Shown here: positions 18,842 through 28,756 of the stretch, one piece after another
Position numbering within the stretch: the first letter of the stretch is position 1
Layout: each line of letters opens with the position of its first letter
Virus record (IMG/VR): IMGVR_UViG_3300025137_000018
Coordinates: 32,001-96,000 of that record
Source: a virus
DNA: 64,000 nucleotides
Direction: 5' to 3' (one strand)
Notes under the pieces: model-generated
Seen by the model: only the letters and a program-made list of their open reading frames with translations
Databases searched by the model: none
Told to the model about the DNA's origin: nothing
Program-made: the position numbers and the translations under genes

Positions 18842-19059
18842 TGTTAAGAGCCTTTAAAGAAATAACTAATTGGGATGACGTAGGATATAAAGTTCCTAAT
18901 CATACTTACATTTTAAATGAACAAGGCCAATGTGTTGGGTTTAGAGCTACTGGAACTAAAAAATATACTCAATTTAAATCACCTATGAAGCAATTTTCAA
19001 AATCTCGTAGAAAGTTTATTGAGCTCAAACCAGCAGAAAAATATATGAGGACTGGATAA
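18835..19059 (+). CDS. Hypothetical protein
   Basis: Coupled ORF; EITNW..PNHTY..FSKSRRKF. Confidence 0.65.
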   Translation: MLMLRAFKEITNWDDVGYKVPNHTYILNEQGQCVGFRATGTKKYTQFKSPMKQFSKSRRKFIELKPAEKYMRTG

Positions 19060-19214
19060 TGGAACGTTGGAAGAGCTGGAAAGTTATTGCAGTAGATGAA
19101 CATAATAATTTAGTAGCAGAATATGTATTTGCTATTGAAGAAGAAGCTTTAGCCTTCTATACTGATATGCTAAATAAAGATTACGAAACAGTATGCTTTA
19201 AGGTTGAAATATAA
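19059..19214 (+). CDS. Hypothetical protein, 51 aa (not in ORF track)
   Basis: TAATG coupling at both ends; MERWKSWKVIAVDEH... Confidence 0.55.
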   Translation: MERWKSWKVIAVDEHNNLVAEYVFAIEEEALAFYTDMLNKDYETVCFKVEI

Positions 19215-19378
19215 TGGAATACGTATTCTTTATTTTAATCATTGGTGTAGGTTGGTCTTCTTATAAGATTGGAATACGTGAAGGTTCTGAAAAAATGATT
19301 GATAAACTTCACGAAATTGGTGTTATTACATACGACGAAAAGGGAAGAATTAAACCAAATCCATTTTTTGGCGACTAA
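19214..19378 (+). CDS. Small membrane-anchored protein, 54 aa (not in ORF track)
   Basis: MEYVFLILIIGVGWSSYKIGIREG...; TAATG coupling. Confidence 0.55.
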   Translation: MEYVFFILIIGVGWSSYKIGIREGSEKMIDKLHEIGVITYDEKGRIKPNPFFGD

Positions 19379-19383
19379 TAACT

Positions 19384-19391
19384 TATAAATA
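19384..19391 (+). promoter_or_regulatory. T4-type late promoter
   Basis: Intergenic TATAAATA heading the 19.4-31.9 kb late cluster. Confidence 0.8.
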
Positions 19392-19417
19392 GAATTGTAT
19401 TTTATACAGGAGATTTT

Positions 19418-20806
19418 ATGAAGAAGTTCATACATAGTTTTAAAGATGGATTTACCGAAGTTAGAGAAGGCGTTGCCTTAAGTCAATCTGAGTTACAAAA
19501 AAATAATAGTAATAGCGGTGAAGCTAGAATAGATATTCTTAAAAAACTCATTAAAAATCGTGATCCAATTCAATTATTAAAAGGCGGTACAGCAATTGTA
19601 ACCGACATTGAAGACGCTCTCCAAAAATTAAATGCATTCGAAAAAGCACCATCTAACATTTCATTTGTTTTTGGCGGTAAAATGATTCCACTATCTCAAC
19701 TTAAAAAGTCAGAGGTATTTGGTGGAGGAGCATCTGGGGCAGGTTCTGGTACTAAAGATACTGCTAGAAACGAATGTCATCAAGCTGTAATGTGCCAAGC
19801 AATGCTTGACCATGGGTTACAAGCTGAAGAATTTTTTACTCAAGATATTCTTAAAGAAGCATACAGAAAGGTAAAAGTAGACGTTGATTTAAAGACTATA
19901 CTTTCATCACCAGATGCTTGGGTATCGTCATCATATAATATTGCAAAAATGATGATTAAGGAAGGTTATATTAATAAAAGTATGACATTCCATAGAGGCG
20001 ATGCTAAGATGATTAAGATATATGCACTTAAAAATCAAGCATATAAAAACAATGGATTTAAACCTTTAAAGGACGATAAATGGAACCCAGGCGATATGTG
20101 GGCGTTATCAACAGATTTTAATATTGATAAAGAACTACCAACATCATCAGTTGGAGCTCTAAATAAAGCAATATTAAAACACTTTAATGACAGAAGATTA
20201 GTTGGTATATCACTTAAAGGGCCAATGACAAAGTTTCCTACTCCATTAAAAGAATATAATAATGAGTATCCACCTGACACAGATAACCATAAACTAAAAA
20301 AGGTCGCCTTAGAATCAGGCAGAGGAAGCTTTTGGTCATCAAAGAGTGCAACTATTGAGTACGATACAGGTGCATTAAACCTTAAGGATAACGCTAATGG
20401 TGAAGCAGTAAAGGCTGAAATCAAAGGAAGTAAAGCAAGAGGCGGTGGATTATCGTGGGGTGTTATTCAAGAGTTTATAAAACGTGAAACTGGTAAAATA
20501 ATACCTGGTCATGCTAAAGGCGTTAAGAAAATAGCACAAAAGATTAAAAAGGGAGATAAAAGATCTATTAAAATATTCTATACAATGTTTAAATACTTTT
20601 ATCCAAATGTTACTGATAAAGAATTTTTCGCAGAATTAGATCAAAAAGATTGGTTCTGGGTATCTGCTAAACTTGGTTCATTATATGTATGTTACTATAT
20701 TGATACTAATACTGGAAAAAAGGCTAATGCAGTTGTAACTCAATTTGTGAATTACGCTGGATCCTCAACACTAGATTCAAGTACATACGTTAAATTAGGA
20801 AAATAG
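19418..20806 (+). CDS. Putative PD-(D/E)XK nuclease-like protein, candidate virion internal protein
   Basis: TARNE...KWNPGDMW...GISLK pattern; N-terminus MKKFIHSFKDGFTE. Confidence 0.55.
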   Translation: MKKFIHSFKDGFTEVREGVALSQSELQKNNSNSGEARIDILKKLIKNRDPIQLLKGGTAIVTDIEDALQKLNAFEKAPSNISFVFGGKMIPLSQLKKSEVFGGGASGAGSGTKDTARNECHQAVMCQAMLDHGLQAEEFFTQDILKEAYRKVKVDVDLKTILSSPDAWVSSSYNIAKMMIKEGYINKSMTFHRGDAKMIKIYALKNQAYKNNGFKPLKDDKWNPGDMWALSTDFNIDKELPTSSVGALNKAILKHFNDRRLVGISLKGPMTKFPTPLKEYNNEYPPDTDNHKLKKVALESGRGSFWSSKSATIEYDTGALNLKDNANGEAVKAEIKGSKARGGGLSWGVIQEFIKRETGKIIPGHAKGVKKIAQKIKKGDKRSIKIFYTMFKYFYPNVTDKEFFAELDQKDWFWVSAKLGSLYVCYYIDTNTGKKANAVVTQFVNYAGSSTLDSSTYVKLGK

Positions 20807-20807
20807 A

Positions 20808-22049
20808 ATGAAGACACTTAAACAAACCTTATCGGAAGCCGCAGGTAAGAACACTCATATGACACATATTGAAGATCTTATTTTGGACGGTGGAGTTAAG
20901 GGAGCACGCCAAGCAATCCTTGCCCTAAGATCACTAAGGGATATGTTAAGCGGTAACGCCAAATCAGCTGTAGACGTTACTGTTAAATGGGACGGTGCTC
21001 CCGCCGTATTTGCTGGTATTGATCCAGGCGATGGAGAATTTTTTGTTGCTAAAAAAGGTATCTTTAATGCAAACCCTAAGGTATATAAATCACATGCTGA
21101 TATTGATGCTGATACTTCAGGCGATTTATCTACAAAATTAAAATTAGCATATGACACTTTTAAAGATCTTGGAATAACTAATGTTATACAAGGTGATTTT
21201 ATGTTTGATAAAAGCGATTTAAAAACAGAAAACATTGGTGGTATAAAACACATAACGTTCCATCCAAATACAATTGTATATGCAGTACCAGTTGGTAGTC
21301 AACTTGCTAAAGATATTACATCTGCAAAGGTTGGAGTAGTATGGCACACAGTTTATACAGGTGCTACATTTGAAACAATGTCAGCTGAGTTCGGAAAAGA
21401 AATAGTACCTAAATTAAAGCCATCTAAAAATGTTTGGATGGTCGATGCAACACTTCCTGATATGTCAGGTACAGCAACATTTACGGCGAAGGAAACTGAA
21501 CAAGTAACTTCACATTTATCTCAAGCAGGTAAAACATTTAAACAAATATCAGGTTCTACATTAAAAGAAATAGAATCTAATAAAGAATTAAACCTTGTGA
21601 TTAATACATTTAATAACACAAAGGTAAGAGCTAACGAAAGAATTAAAGATACTAAAAGACATGTATCAGAATTAATAGTATGGGTTAATAATAGATACCA
21701 AAAGGAAATTGATAAAAGATCATCTCAGAAGGGTAAAGATACTCAAATCGCTAAAAGAAATGAATTATTAAAGTTTTTTAGTAAATCTAATCAAAAAAAC
21801 TTAGAAAAAGTGTTTAATTTACAGAATAATGTGGTGGATGCAAAATTAATTATTATAAATAAACTAAATGGTCTTAACAATATAGGAACGTTCCTTAAGA
21901 CTAAAACCGGATTTAAAGCAACCAACCCAGAAGGTTTTGTTGCAATAGATCGTATGGAAGGTGGCGCGGTCAAGTTAGTTGACAGATTAGAATTCTCAAC
22001 TAATAACTTCGACCCAAATATTATAAAAGGCTGGCAGAATCCAGGCTAA
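20808..22049 (+). CDS. ATP-dependent ligase/nucleotidyltransferase-like protein
   Basis: KWDG (motif I), QGD, EGFV (motif IV), VKLV (motif V); N-terminus MKTLKQTLSE. Confidence 0.6.
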   Translation: MKTLKQTLSEAAGKNTHMTHIEDLILDGGVKGARQAILALRSLRDMLSGNAKSAVDVTVKWDGAPAVFAGIDPGDGEFFVAKKGIFNANPKVYKSHADIDADTSGDLSTKLKLAYDTFKDLGITNVIQGDFMFDKSDLKTENIGGIKHITFHPNTIVYAVPVGSQLAKDITSAKVGVVWHTVYTGATFETMSAEFGKEIVPKLKPSKNVWMVDATLPDMSGTATFTAKETEQVTSHLSQAGKTFKQISGSTLKEIESNKELNLVINTFNNTKVRANERIKDTKRHVSELIVWVNNRYQKEIDKRSSQKGKDTQIAKRNELLKFFSKSNQKNLEKVFNLQNNVVDAKLIIINKLNGLNNIGTFLKTKTGFKATNPEGFVAIDRMEGGAVKLVDRLEFSTNNFDPNIIKGWQNPG

Positions 22050-22070
22050 TGGGATACTTACCGAGGAAAC

Positions 22071-22457
22071 ATGGAAACTTTTAAAGAGTTCACATCAAAG
22101 AATGAAGCTATGTCTATTGCTACTCGTAATAAGATGAAAGCTTCAGCTCGAAAAAACAAAGCTAAAATTATGCTTGGTAAAAAGAAAGCAGCCAAGAAAT
22201 TAGCATCCCCTGAACAGCTTAAGAAAAGAGCTGAAAAACAAGCCAAAAACCTAATAATTAAAAAGATTCTAAAGAACAAAACTAAAGCTGATTTAGGATT
22301 TGCTCAAAGGGCTTCACTTGAAAAACAAGTAGCCAAAAAGCAAGGTGCAATAAAAAAGATTGCTAAAAAACTATTTCCTGCTGTTAAACAAGCAGATAGA
22401 GATAAGTTAAAAAAACAAAAAGCTGAACAATCAGTATTAGATAAAATGGGGAAGTGA
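22071..22457 (+). CDS. Lys-rich basic protein, candidate internal protein
   Basis: METFKEFTSKNE N-terminus; very K/A rich. Confidence 0.7.
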   Translation: METFKEFTSKNEAMSIATRNKMKASARKNKAKIMLGKKKAAKKLASPEQLKKRAEKQAKNLIIKKILKNKTKADLGFAQRASLEKQVAKKQGAIKKIAKKLFPAVKQADRDKLKKQKAEQSVLDKMGK

Positions 22458-23410
22458 TGGAAATTAAGTCGTTTAAAAGTTATTTAGTAGAAGATACAAA
22501 GGATATTACCTTTGTGTTTGGTAGGTTTAATCCACCAACTACAGGGCATGAATTATTATTTGATAAATTAAAGAAAGTATCAAAGGGTTCATATAGAATT
22601 TATGCATCACAATCACAAGACGCAAATAAAAATCCGTTCGATTTTAAAACAAAAGTTAAGATATTAAGAAAGATGTTTCCTAAACATGCACGAAGTGTTA
22701 TGGCAGATAAAGGAATAAGAACAGCTATGGACGTAGCAGTATCATTATATGATCAAGGTTACACTAAAGTTTCTATGGTTGCAGGAGATGATCGAGTTAA
22801 AGAATTTGAAATACTATTAAATAAATATAACGGCGTTGATGCAAGACATGGATTCTATCAATTTGAAGGTGGCCTAAAAGTTATTTCTGCAGGCCAAAGA
22901 GATCCAGATTCAGATGATGTATCTGGAATGTCAGCTTCTAAAATGAGAAAAGCAGCTAAGGACAACGATCTTAGTTCATTCTCTAAAGGTGTTCCATCAA
23001 GTTATAAGGATGTACAAGGCCTATTTAATATGTTACGAAAGGCTATGGGATTAAAAGAATCTAATAATTTTAGACAACATATTCAATTAGATCCAGTATC
23101 AGAAACCAGAGAAGAGTATATTGACGGAACTTTATTTGAAGTAGGAGATACAGTAATAGTAAAAGAAACAAATGAACAGGGCGTTATCAAAATGCTTGGT
23201 TCTAACTATGTTACAGTTCAACTTGAATCTGGAACTAAAAGAGTATGGCTTGACGATATTGCATTAGTTGAAAATTGTGGTGGAGTTGGAGAAGACAAAG
23301 TTACTCAAAAATACCAAAAGATAACTCCAAACGAAAAAGTTTCAAAGAAAAAGAAAAAGAAAAACGGAATGACACAATTAACATTTAGGGATTTTAAAGA
23401 TGAACTTTAA
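22457..23410 (+). CDS. Cytidylyltransferase-like (HIGH superfamily) protein
   Basis: FGRFNPPTTGH, GDDR, GMSASKMR. Confidence 0.85.
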   Translation: MEIKSFKSYLVEDTKDITFVFGRFNPPTTGHELLFDKLKKVSKGSYRIYASQSQDANKNPFDFKTKVKILRKMFPKHARSVMADKGIRTAMDVAVSLYDQGYTKVSMVAGDDRVKEFEILLNKYNGVDARHGFYQFEGGLKVISAGQRDPDSDDVSGMSASKMRKAAKDNDLSSFSKGVPSSYKDVQGLFNMLRKAMGLKESNNFRQHIQLDPVSETREEYIDGTLFEVGDTVIVKETNEQGVIKMLGSNYVTVQLESGTKRVWLDDIALVENCGGVGEDKVTQKYQKITPNEKVSKKKKKKNGMTQLTFRDFKDEL

Positions 23411-23696
23411 ACAATTAAGATCTAGGTTATTGGAAGGAACAATGGAATTTGGTATATTTTCTGATAATCCAGATGAGGCCGAAAAAATAGCACAACAGCT
23501 TGTAATGTTCATGCGAAAAAGCAAAGATATAGTAGTAGGAGACGATAAATCACAAGCCTATTTAGATACTATTGCAGGGTTCATTTACGATGATGAATTA
23601 CTAGATGATTTACATCCAGAAACTGGAAAAGTCGGTAAGGATGCAAATGATATTGTCGTAGCAAGACTAAAAAAACTAGGGGTTAACATACACTAA
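23400..23696 (+). CDS. Hypothetical protein, candidate internal protein
   Basis: MNFKQLRSRLLE N-terminus. Confidence 0.65.
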   Translation: MNFKQLRSRLLEGTMEFGIFSDNPDEAEKIAQQLVMFMRKSKDIVVGDDKSQAYLDTIAGFIYDDELLDDLHPETGKVGKDANDIVVARLKKLGVNIH

Positions 23697-24163
23697 TGAA
23701 AGATTTTAAAGCGTTTTTTAACGAAGCTGAAGATAAAGATATTGGAGACCGTAAAGGAAGCCAACCTAAAGCATACTATGCTAAAGATGCTAAAGGCGAT
23801 GAAATGGCTAAGTCTACCAAGCAAAAGAGGGCAGCTCATTTTAAGAAAAAATCTAGTAAGCCAGCTCCAGGTGATAAATCTGCAGAAACAAAACCTTCAC
23901 AACATACTAAGAAATTTAAAGATATGTTCGGTGAAGCTTCAGCACCTGACAAAGCTCTTAAAAATAAAGCTGATAAGTCAGGTATGCCATTAGGTATATT
24001 AAAGCAAGTATTTAATAGAGGAGTTGCAGCTTGGAAAACGGGACATAGGCCTGGAACAACTGCAGTTCAATGGGGATTAGCAAGAGTTAATTCATTCGTA
24101 ACAAAGTCAAGTGGAACTTGGGGTAAAGCTGATAAAGATTTGGCTGCCAAGGTTAGAGGGTAA
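23696..24163 (+). CDS. Basic hypothetical protein, candidate internal protein
   Basis: MKDFKAFFNE N-terminus; RGVAAWKTGHRPG..QWGLARVNSF domain. Confidence 0.7.
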   Translation: MKDFKAFFNEAEDKDIGDRKGSQPKAYYAKDAKGDEMAKSTKQKRAAHFKKKSSKPAPGDKSAETKPSQHTKKFKDMFGEASAPDKALKNKADKSGMPLGILKQVFNRGVAAWKTGHRPGTTAVQWGLARVNSFVTKSSGTWGKADKDLAAKVRG

Positions 24164-24164
24164 T

Positions 24165-24401
24165 ATGAAAACTTTTAAAGAAAAATCTAATCTTGACGAA
24201 GCGCCATTAGTGATGTCTGATATGGATATGATTGATACACTGTTTAACAAAATAAAAAGTGATATGATGAAAGCCAAAAGAAAAAACCAAGGTGAAAAAA
24301 ACTGGCCAGCGTTACAACAACTAGCAAAAATGGCTGGATATGGTATTACTAAATCAGGCCAAGCTAAAGATAAATCATTTAGGTACGATCTTAAAAAATG
24401 A
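24165..24401 (+). CDS. Hypothetical protein, candidate internal protein
   Basis: GAGG RBS before ATG 24165; MKTFKEKSNLDE. Confidence 0.65.
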   Translation: MKTFKEKSNLDEAPLVMSDMDMIDTLFNKIKSDMMKAKRKNQGEKNWPALQQLAKMAGYGITKSGQAKDKSFRYDLKK

Positions 24402-24628
24402 AAACATTTAAAGAACTCAGAGAAAAGAAAAGCGAATCTTGGGAAGCAGGATATAAAAGAAGAGTTGTAAAAACAACTAAGCCTGAGCACAAAGAAAAAG
24501 GTTATGAATGGAGAATTAAAGGTAAAGAAAAAGATCATTTATCTATTAAGTTATATAAGACTAAACCATCACAATCAGAATTTAATAAGCAAATGAAAAG
24601 AGTTGCAGGCCATGAGTTCGGTGGATAG
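24398..24628 (+). CDS. Hypothetical protein, candidate internal protein
   Basis: MKTFKELRE N-terminus. Confidence 0.65.
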   Translation: MKTFKELREKKSESWEAGYKRRVVKTTKPEHKEKGYEWRIKGKEKDHLSIKLYKTKPSQSEFNKQMKRVAGHEFGG

Positions 24629-25289
24629 TTTTAAAGAACATTATAATATTATGGAAGGTATTAATGATCCTTCTATTTTTAAAGCAGTATTCCTAGCAGG
24701 TGGTCCAGGTTCTGGAAAATCATTTGTTGTAGGTAAAACATCATTAGCGTCATTAGGGTTTAAACTTATAAACACAGATACTAATTATGAAAATGCTCTT
24801 AAAAAGGCTGGACTTACAATGGAGCCAGAATCTATATTTTCTGCTCAAGGCCAAGCATTAAGAGATAAAGCTAAAGCTCTTACTGGTAAACAGTTAACTT
24901 TAGCATTAAAGGGAAGATTAGGAGTAGTTATAGATGGAACTGGTAAAGATTACGCTAAAATAAAAGCTAATGTTGATCAGTTTAGATCTATAGGATACGC
25001 TGTACATATGATATTTGTTAATACTGATTTAGAAACTGCATTAATAAGAAATAATAGCAGAGAAAGAGTATTACCAGATGATCAAGTAGAAAAAATGTGG
25101 AAATCAGTACAGAAAAATATTGGTAAATTCCAAGGGCTTTTTCGTAATAGAATGACAGTAATAGATAACTCAACGGATGCAGATATTAACACATCCACCT
25201 TAGAGGCTTATAAGAATATACAACAGTGGGCTAAGAAACCACCAGAAAATTCATTAGCAGTTAAGTGGATAAATGGACAAAAAAAATGA
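24612..25289 (+). CDS. P-loop kinase (zeta toxin / AAA_33-like)
   Basis: LAGGPGSGKS, VVIDGTG, RN..RER; DSFKEHYNIME N-terminus. Confidence 0.8.
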   Translation: MSSVDSFKEHYNIMEGINDPSIFKAVFLAGGPGSGKSFVVGKTSLASLGFKLINTDTNYENALKKAGLTMEPESIFSAQGQALRDKAKALTGKQLTLALKGRLGVVIDGTGKDYAKIKANVDQFRSIGYAVHMIFVNTDLETALIRNNSRERVLPDDQVEKMWKSVQKNIGKFQGLFRNRMTVIDNSTDADINTSTLEAYKNIQQWAKKPPENSLAVKWINGQKK

Positions 25290-25729
25290 CAAATAAAGAA
25301 AGAAACAAAATCGTATCATCATTTAATTCTAAATGGAAATACAGAAAAGATAAAGAACAGTACGGCATGGCTGATGCATGGAAAATTATATATTCACCCG
25401 ATGGCGAAGGAAAATTTGTAGGAGACTGCGAAGATTATTCTCTATCCATTCTTTACAGATTATGTGGTGAAAGTCATATTAAAATGTGGTGGATGTTATT
25501 AACTCACCAAGCTGGTATATGCTGTGTTGGACCAAGCAAATGGAAAGTATCACACGCAGTTTTAAGATATAAAGGTGAATGGGTGGATAATTGGACTAAG
25601 AAATTTGGTCCTAAATCAGAAATAGAAAAGAATCATACATTCCATATTTTTTACGGATATGGTTGGGCATACTTTACTGCTATTAAAATGATTATAAGTA
25701 AAATAATAAGAACTATTAAGGGAAAATAA
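25286..25729 (+). CDS. Transglutaminase-like cysteine protease
   Basis: GDCEDY, HAVL, WVDN (Cys-His-Asp triad). Confidence 0.75.
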   Translation: MTNKERNKIVSSFNSKWKYRKDKEQYGMADAWKIIYSPDGEGKFVGDCEDYSLSILYRLCGESHIKMWWMLLTHQAGICCVGPSKWKVSHAVLRYKGEWVDNWTKKFGPKSEIEKNHTFHIFYGYGWAYFTAIKMIISKIIRTIKGK

Positions 25730-25731
25730 AA

Positions 25732-25983
25732 ATGAAAAATTTTAAAGAATTAAGGGAAAGCCAAACAATCTTAGAAAGAATATTCAAAGCTACATTGGAT
25801 TTTGATATGGGTGATCCAAGAGACCACGAAGTAGACTGGGAAGATGACGGAGTTTACATCGACTCTTGGGATAAGCGAGAAATGGAATTAGTTGTCATGA
25901 GTAAAGATAAAAGAGGTTTAGAAAAATGGTTAGTAGATGTATATGGTCTATCTAAGAGAGACGTAAAGGGGATGGTAAAATGA
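25732..25983 (+). CDS. Hypothetical protein, candidate internal protein
   Basis: MKNFKELRE N-terminus. Confidence 0.65.
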   Translation: MKNFKELRESQTILERIFKATLDFDMGDPRDHEVDWEDDGVYIDSWDKREMELVVMSKDKRGLEKWLVDVYGLSKRDVKGMVK

Positions 25984-26444
25984 AGCAATTTATAGAATTA
26001 AGAGAAAAGACGCGTCTAGCTATGCGTGGTATGAACTTAAAGCAAATAAAACAGAAATTTAAAAAAGAGATTGACGCTTATCAGAAAGGTAAAGAGCTAG
26101 ACTGGAAAGCTGAAGCTGCTTTACTGGGATGGGCAATTGGAGCTGGCGAAATTAAAACTGATGATCCAGACGAATTGGATAATTGGTTAATGAAAAACGT
26201 TGAAGATAAAAAGGATTTTGATAATCTTAAAGAGTCTGTAGAGACAGTTGACGAAGCTAAGCCCCCAAGAATGAAAGGACTATCAATATACGGTTCTGAA
26301 ATTAGTGGATTAAAATATAAAAATGGTACCTATAGTGCTCAAGCAGTAGTATATGGTAGTAATAAATTAGGATATAGAGTCAGAAATGAGTTTGGAGATT
26401 TTGAAACTCTTGACCTTAAAACATTCGCAAAAAGATTTGGCTAA
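25980..26444 (+). CDS. Hypothetical protein, candidate internal protein
   Basis: MKQFIELRE N-terminus. Confidence 0.65.
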   Translation: MKQFIELREKTRLAMRGMNLKQIKQKFKKEIDAYQKGKELDWKAEAALLGWAIGAGEIKTDDPDELDNWLMKNVEDKKDFDNLKESVETVDEAKPPRMKGLSIYGSEISGLKYKNGTYSAQAVVYGSNKLGYRVRNEFGDFETLDLKTFAKRFG

Positions 26445-26812
26445 TGCATAAATTTTTAGAGCACATCGATGAAAGATTTGGACTATACGAAGGTAGGAAT
26501 GTTCCATTAGAGCAACCTATGATTGAAGCTCCTGAACCAACGCTTAATAAGCCAAGCAGAAGCTCAGGCCCAAAGAAATATGTTGTATATGTTAAGAATC
26601 CAAAAACCGGCAATGTAAAGAAAATTAATTTTGGTGACGAAAAGGGAGGTTTAACCTCTAAAATAAACGATAGAGATGCTGCAAGAAACTTTGCATCTCG
26701 TCATAACTGCGATACTAAAACGGATAAACTATCACCAGGATACTGGTCATGTAGACTACCAAAGTACGCAAAAGACTTAGGACTTAAAGGTGGCGGAAAC
26801 TATTTTTGGTAA
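26444..26812 (+). CDS. Conserved hypothetical protein
   Basis: MHKFLEHIDE; KKYVVYVKNP..KKINFGD..FASRHNC..YWSC. Confidence 0.7.
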   Translation: MHKFLEHIDERFGLYEGRNVPLEQPMIEAPEPTLNKPSRSSGPKKYVVYVKNPKTGNVKKINFGDEKGGLTSKINDRDAARNFASRHNCDTKTDKLSPGYWSCRLPKYAKDLGLKGGGNYFW

Positions 26813-27080
26813 TCCATATATCGATAGTGTATTAAACAGTACTACTATTGAAAGATCATTCTCCTTAGATAGAGAGGACGCAGAATATGTTTGGCACACC
26901 GATAAAGAATTAAGAGAAGTAGAAATATTAAATGGTGAAGGATGGCAATTCCAATACGAAAATTGCTTACCATGGTTAATAGAAAAGGGAATGGTGTTTT
27001 ATATACCATTAGGAGAAAGTCATAGACTAATAAAAGGTAAAACTACCTTACATTGTAGGATTATAAAACATGCCAAATAG
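26790..27080 (+). CDS. Cupin-like hypothetical protein
   Basis: WHTD..R...GWQFQ...IP...HRLIKG. Confidence 0.6.
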   Translation: MAETIFGNPYIDSVLNSTTIERSFSLDREDAEYVWHTDKELREVEILNGEGWQFQYENCLPWLIEKGMVFYIPLGESHRLIKGKTTLHCRIIKHAK

Positions 27081-27378
27081 CAATACCGCATCGCAACAAA
27101 GAGCTGAAGCTGCTTTAAGACTCGACAGAATAGAAGAAAAAATCGATAGAATGTCTGAAGCAATTATAGCACTTGCTCGAGCTGAAGAAAAAATTCAAAC
27201 CCTCACATCATTTTCTAAACAACAATCAGAGCAGATTGTTTTACTTATAAATAGAATAGACAAAGTGGAAAACATTGTAATAAACAATGCAAATACAATT
27301 AATATAATTAATAAAATATTTTGGATAGTAATGGCTGCAGCTGCAACCACTATTACTGGAATGTTAATAATGCAATAA
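27070..27378 (+). CDS. Coiled-coil protein with C-terminal TM
   Basis: RLDRIEEKID heptads; hydrophobic C-terminus. Confidence 0.65.
   Translation: MPNSNTASQQRAEAALRLDRIEEKIDRMSEAIIALARAEEKIQTLTSFSKQQSEQIVLLINRIDKVENIVINNANTINIINKIFWIVMAAAATTITGMLIMQ
27246..27253 (+). promoter_or_regulatory. Probable internal late promoter
   Basis: TATAAATA about 140 nt upstream of the 27392 gene. Confidence 0.5.
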
Positions 27379-27391
27379 AATAGGAGAAAAT

Positions 27392-28741
27392 ATGAAATTG
27401 CAAGATAAAGAAACTCTAAGCGTTGCAGCAGCAGTCCAGAACGTATTAGAAGGTAAAAAGCCTGCAGTTAAGGAAGAACTAAAGTATCCACATGCGATGT
27501 ATCATCCTGAAACTGGCAAAGAAGAAACTGCAAAAAACGAAGAAGAGCATAAAGCTTTATCTGATAAGGGTTATACACATGAGAAGAACGAATCTCCTGA
27601 AGAACCTAAAGCTAAAGGCGAAAAAGATTTTAAAGCTAAGCATGTAGTTAAGAAATCTGGTGCAAAATCTGATGGTTCAGTAGTAAAAGAAGATGTTGAC
27701 GCACTTCATGAAGAAGCTATTGAAATGGATAAAGAACTTTCTGAAGGCTTTTCTCCATCTCAAGTTAAAGCTGCTATAAAAATTGCTACTAAAATGGGTG
27801 GTAATATGACAGGTGCTATTAGAAAAATCGAAGCTATGAAAAAAGGTTTATCTGATGAAAAAGCAGTTAATGATGCATTACGTGCAGCTAACGAAGGTAC
27901 AATGTCAGAAGAAGAAAAATCTGCAAAGCAGAAAAAGTACCAAGATTTCTTTAATAAAGCACTTAAAAAGTTTGGTGTTAAATCACCTGCTGAACTCGAC
28001 GGCGATAAGAAAAAAGAATTCTTTGATTATATCGATAAGAATTATGAAGCTGACGATGAAGAAGATGAAATCGTATCAGAAGGTAAGGTTACAGTTGATG
28101 TTGACTGGATTGGCGATAGCAAAGTAACTAAAGATGCTGAAAAGAAATTTAAAGTAAAAATTAAAGTAGACGCTAGAAAAGGTACTGCTGATGTAACTGG
28201 TGATAGTAAGCAAGTTGTTAAAATGTTAATGGATAAAGACGTATACGGATTAGATAAAGGTGACATTGAAGACATGTTCCCAGGCCTTATGAAAGGTAAA
28301 TTAGAATCTGTTGATGAAAGCATGAGTTTACCTAAAGCTCCTTTAAAGGGAATGCATTTAACTGGATTTTCTGGAAAGTTTAAATTAAACCAAACGTCTG
28401 GCCATGAAGATAATTACTCTCCTGAAGTTCTTAAAGATGTAAAAACTGGTTTAAAAATAGTAGAGAAACATCTTAAGAAACAAGGAATGAGATTCAAAGA
28501 AGAAGAAGTTCTAGTTGGGCCTAAAAACCATGCGAAAGAACATGGCTTTAAGGTTGGAGATTTTGATTCCGAGTTTGCAATAAATATCTTTCCAGGATTT
28601 CCAGGCAAGAACCCAGATCTACCAAAGGGTAAATCTGAAGATGATATTAACTTAGATGATATGGTCAAAGACCTAGGTAAATTAAAATCATTCGGTAACT
28701 TTAAAAATGATTTCTCAGATAACTGGGGTGGTCGTAAATAA
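27392..28741 (+). CDS. Large E/K-rich multidomain protein, likely virion-associated
   Basis: AGGAG RBS; highly charged, several (L/V/I)-x-E junctions between segments. Confidence 0.6.
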   Translation: MKLQDKETLSVAAAVQNVLEGKKPAVKEELKYPHAMYHPETGKEETAKNEEEHKALSDKGYTHEKNESPEEPKAKGEKDFKAKHVVKKSGAKSDGSVVKEDVDALHEEAIEMDKELSEGFSPSQVKAAIKIATKMGGNMTGAIRKIEAMKKGLSDEKAVNDALRAANEGTMSEEEKSAKQKKYQDFFNKALKKFGVKSPAELDGDKKKEFFDYIDKNYEADDEEDEIVSEGKVTVDVDWIGDSKVTKDAEKKFKVKIKVDARKGTADVTGDSKQVVKMLMDKDVYGLDKGDIEDMFPGLMKGKLESVDESMSLPKAPLKGMHLTGFSGKFKLNQTSGHEDNYSPEVLKDVKTGLKIVEKHLKKQGMRFKEEEVLVGPKNHAKEHGFKVGDFDSEFAINIFPGFPGKNPDLPKGKSEDDINLDDMVKDLGKLKSFGNFKNDFSDNWGGRK

Positions 28742-28756
28742 GACCAAATAAGCTCT

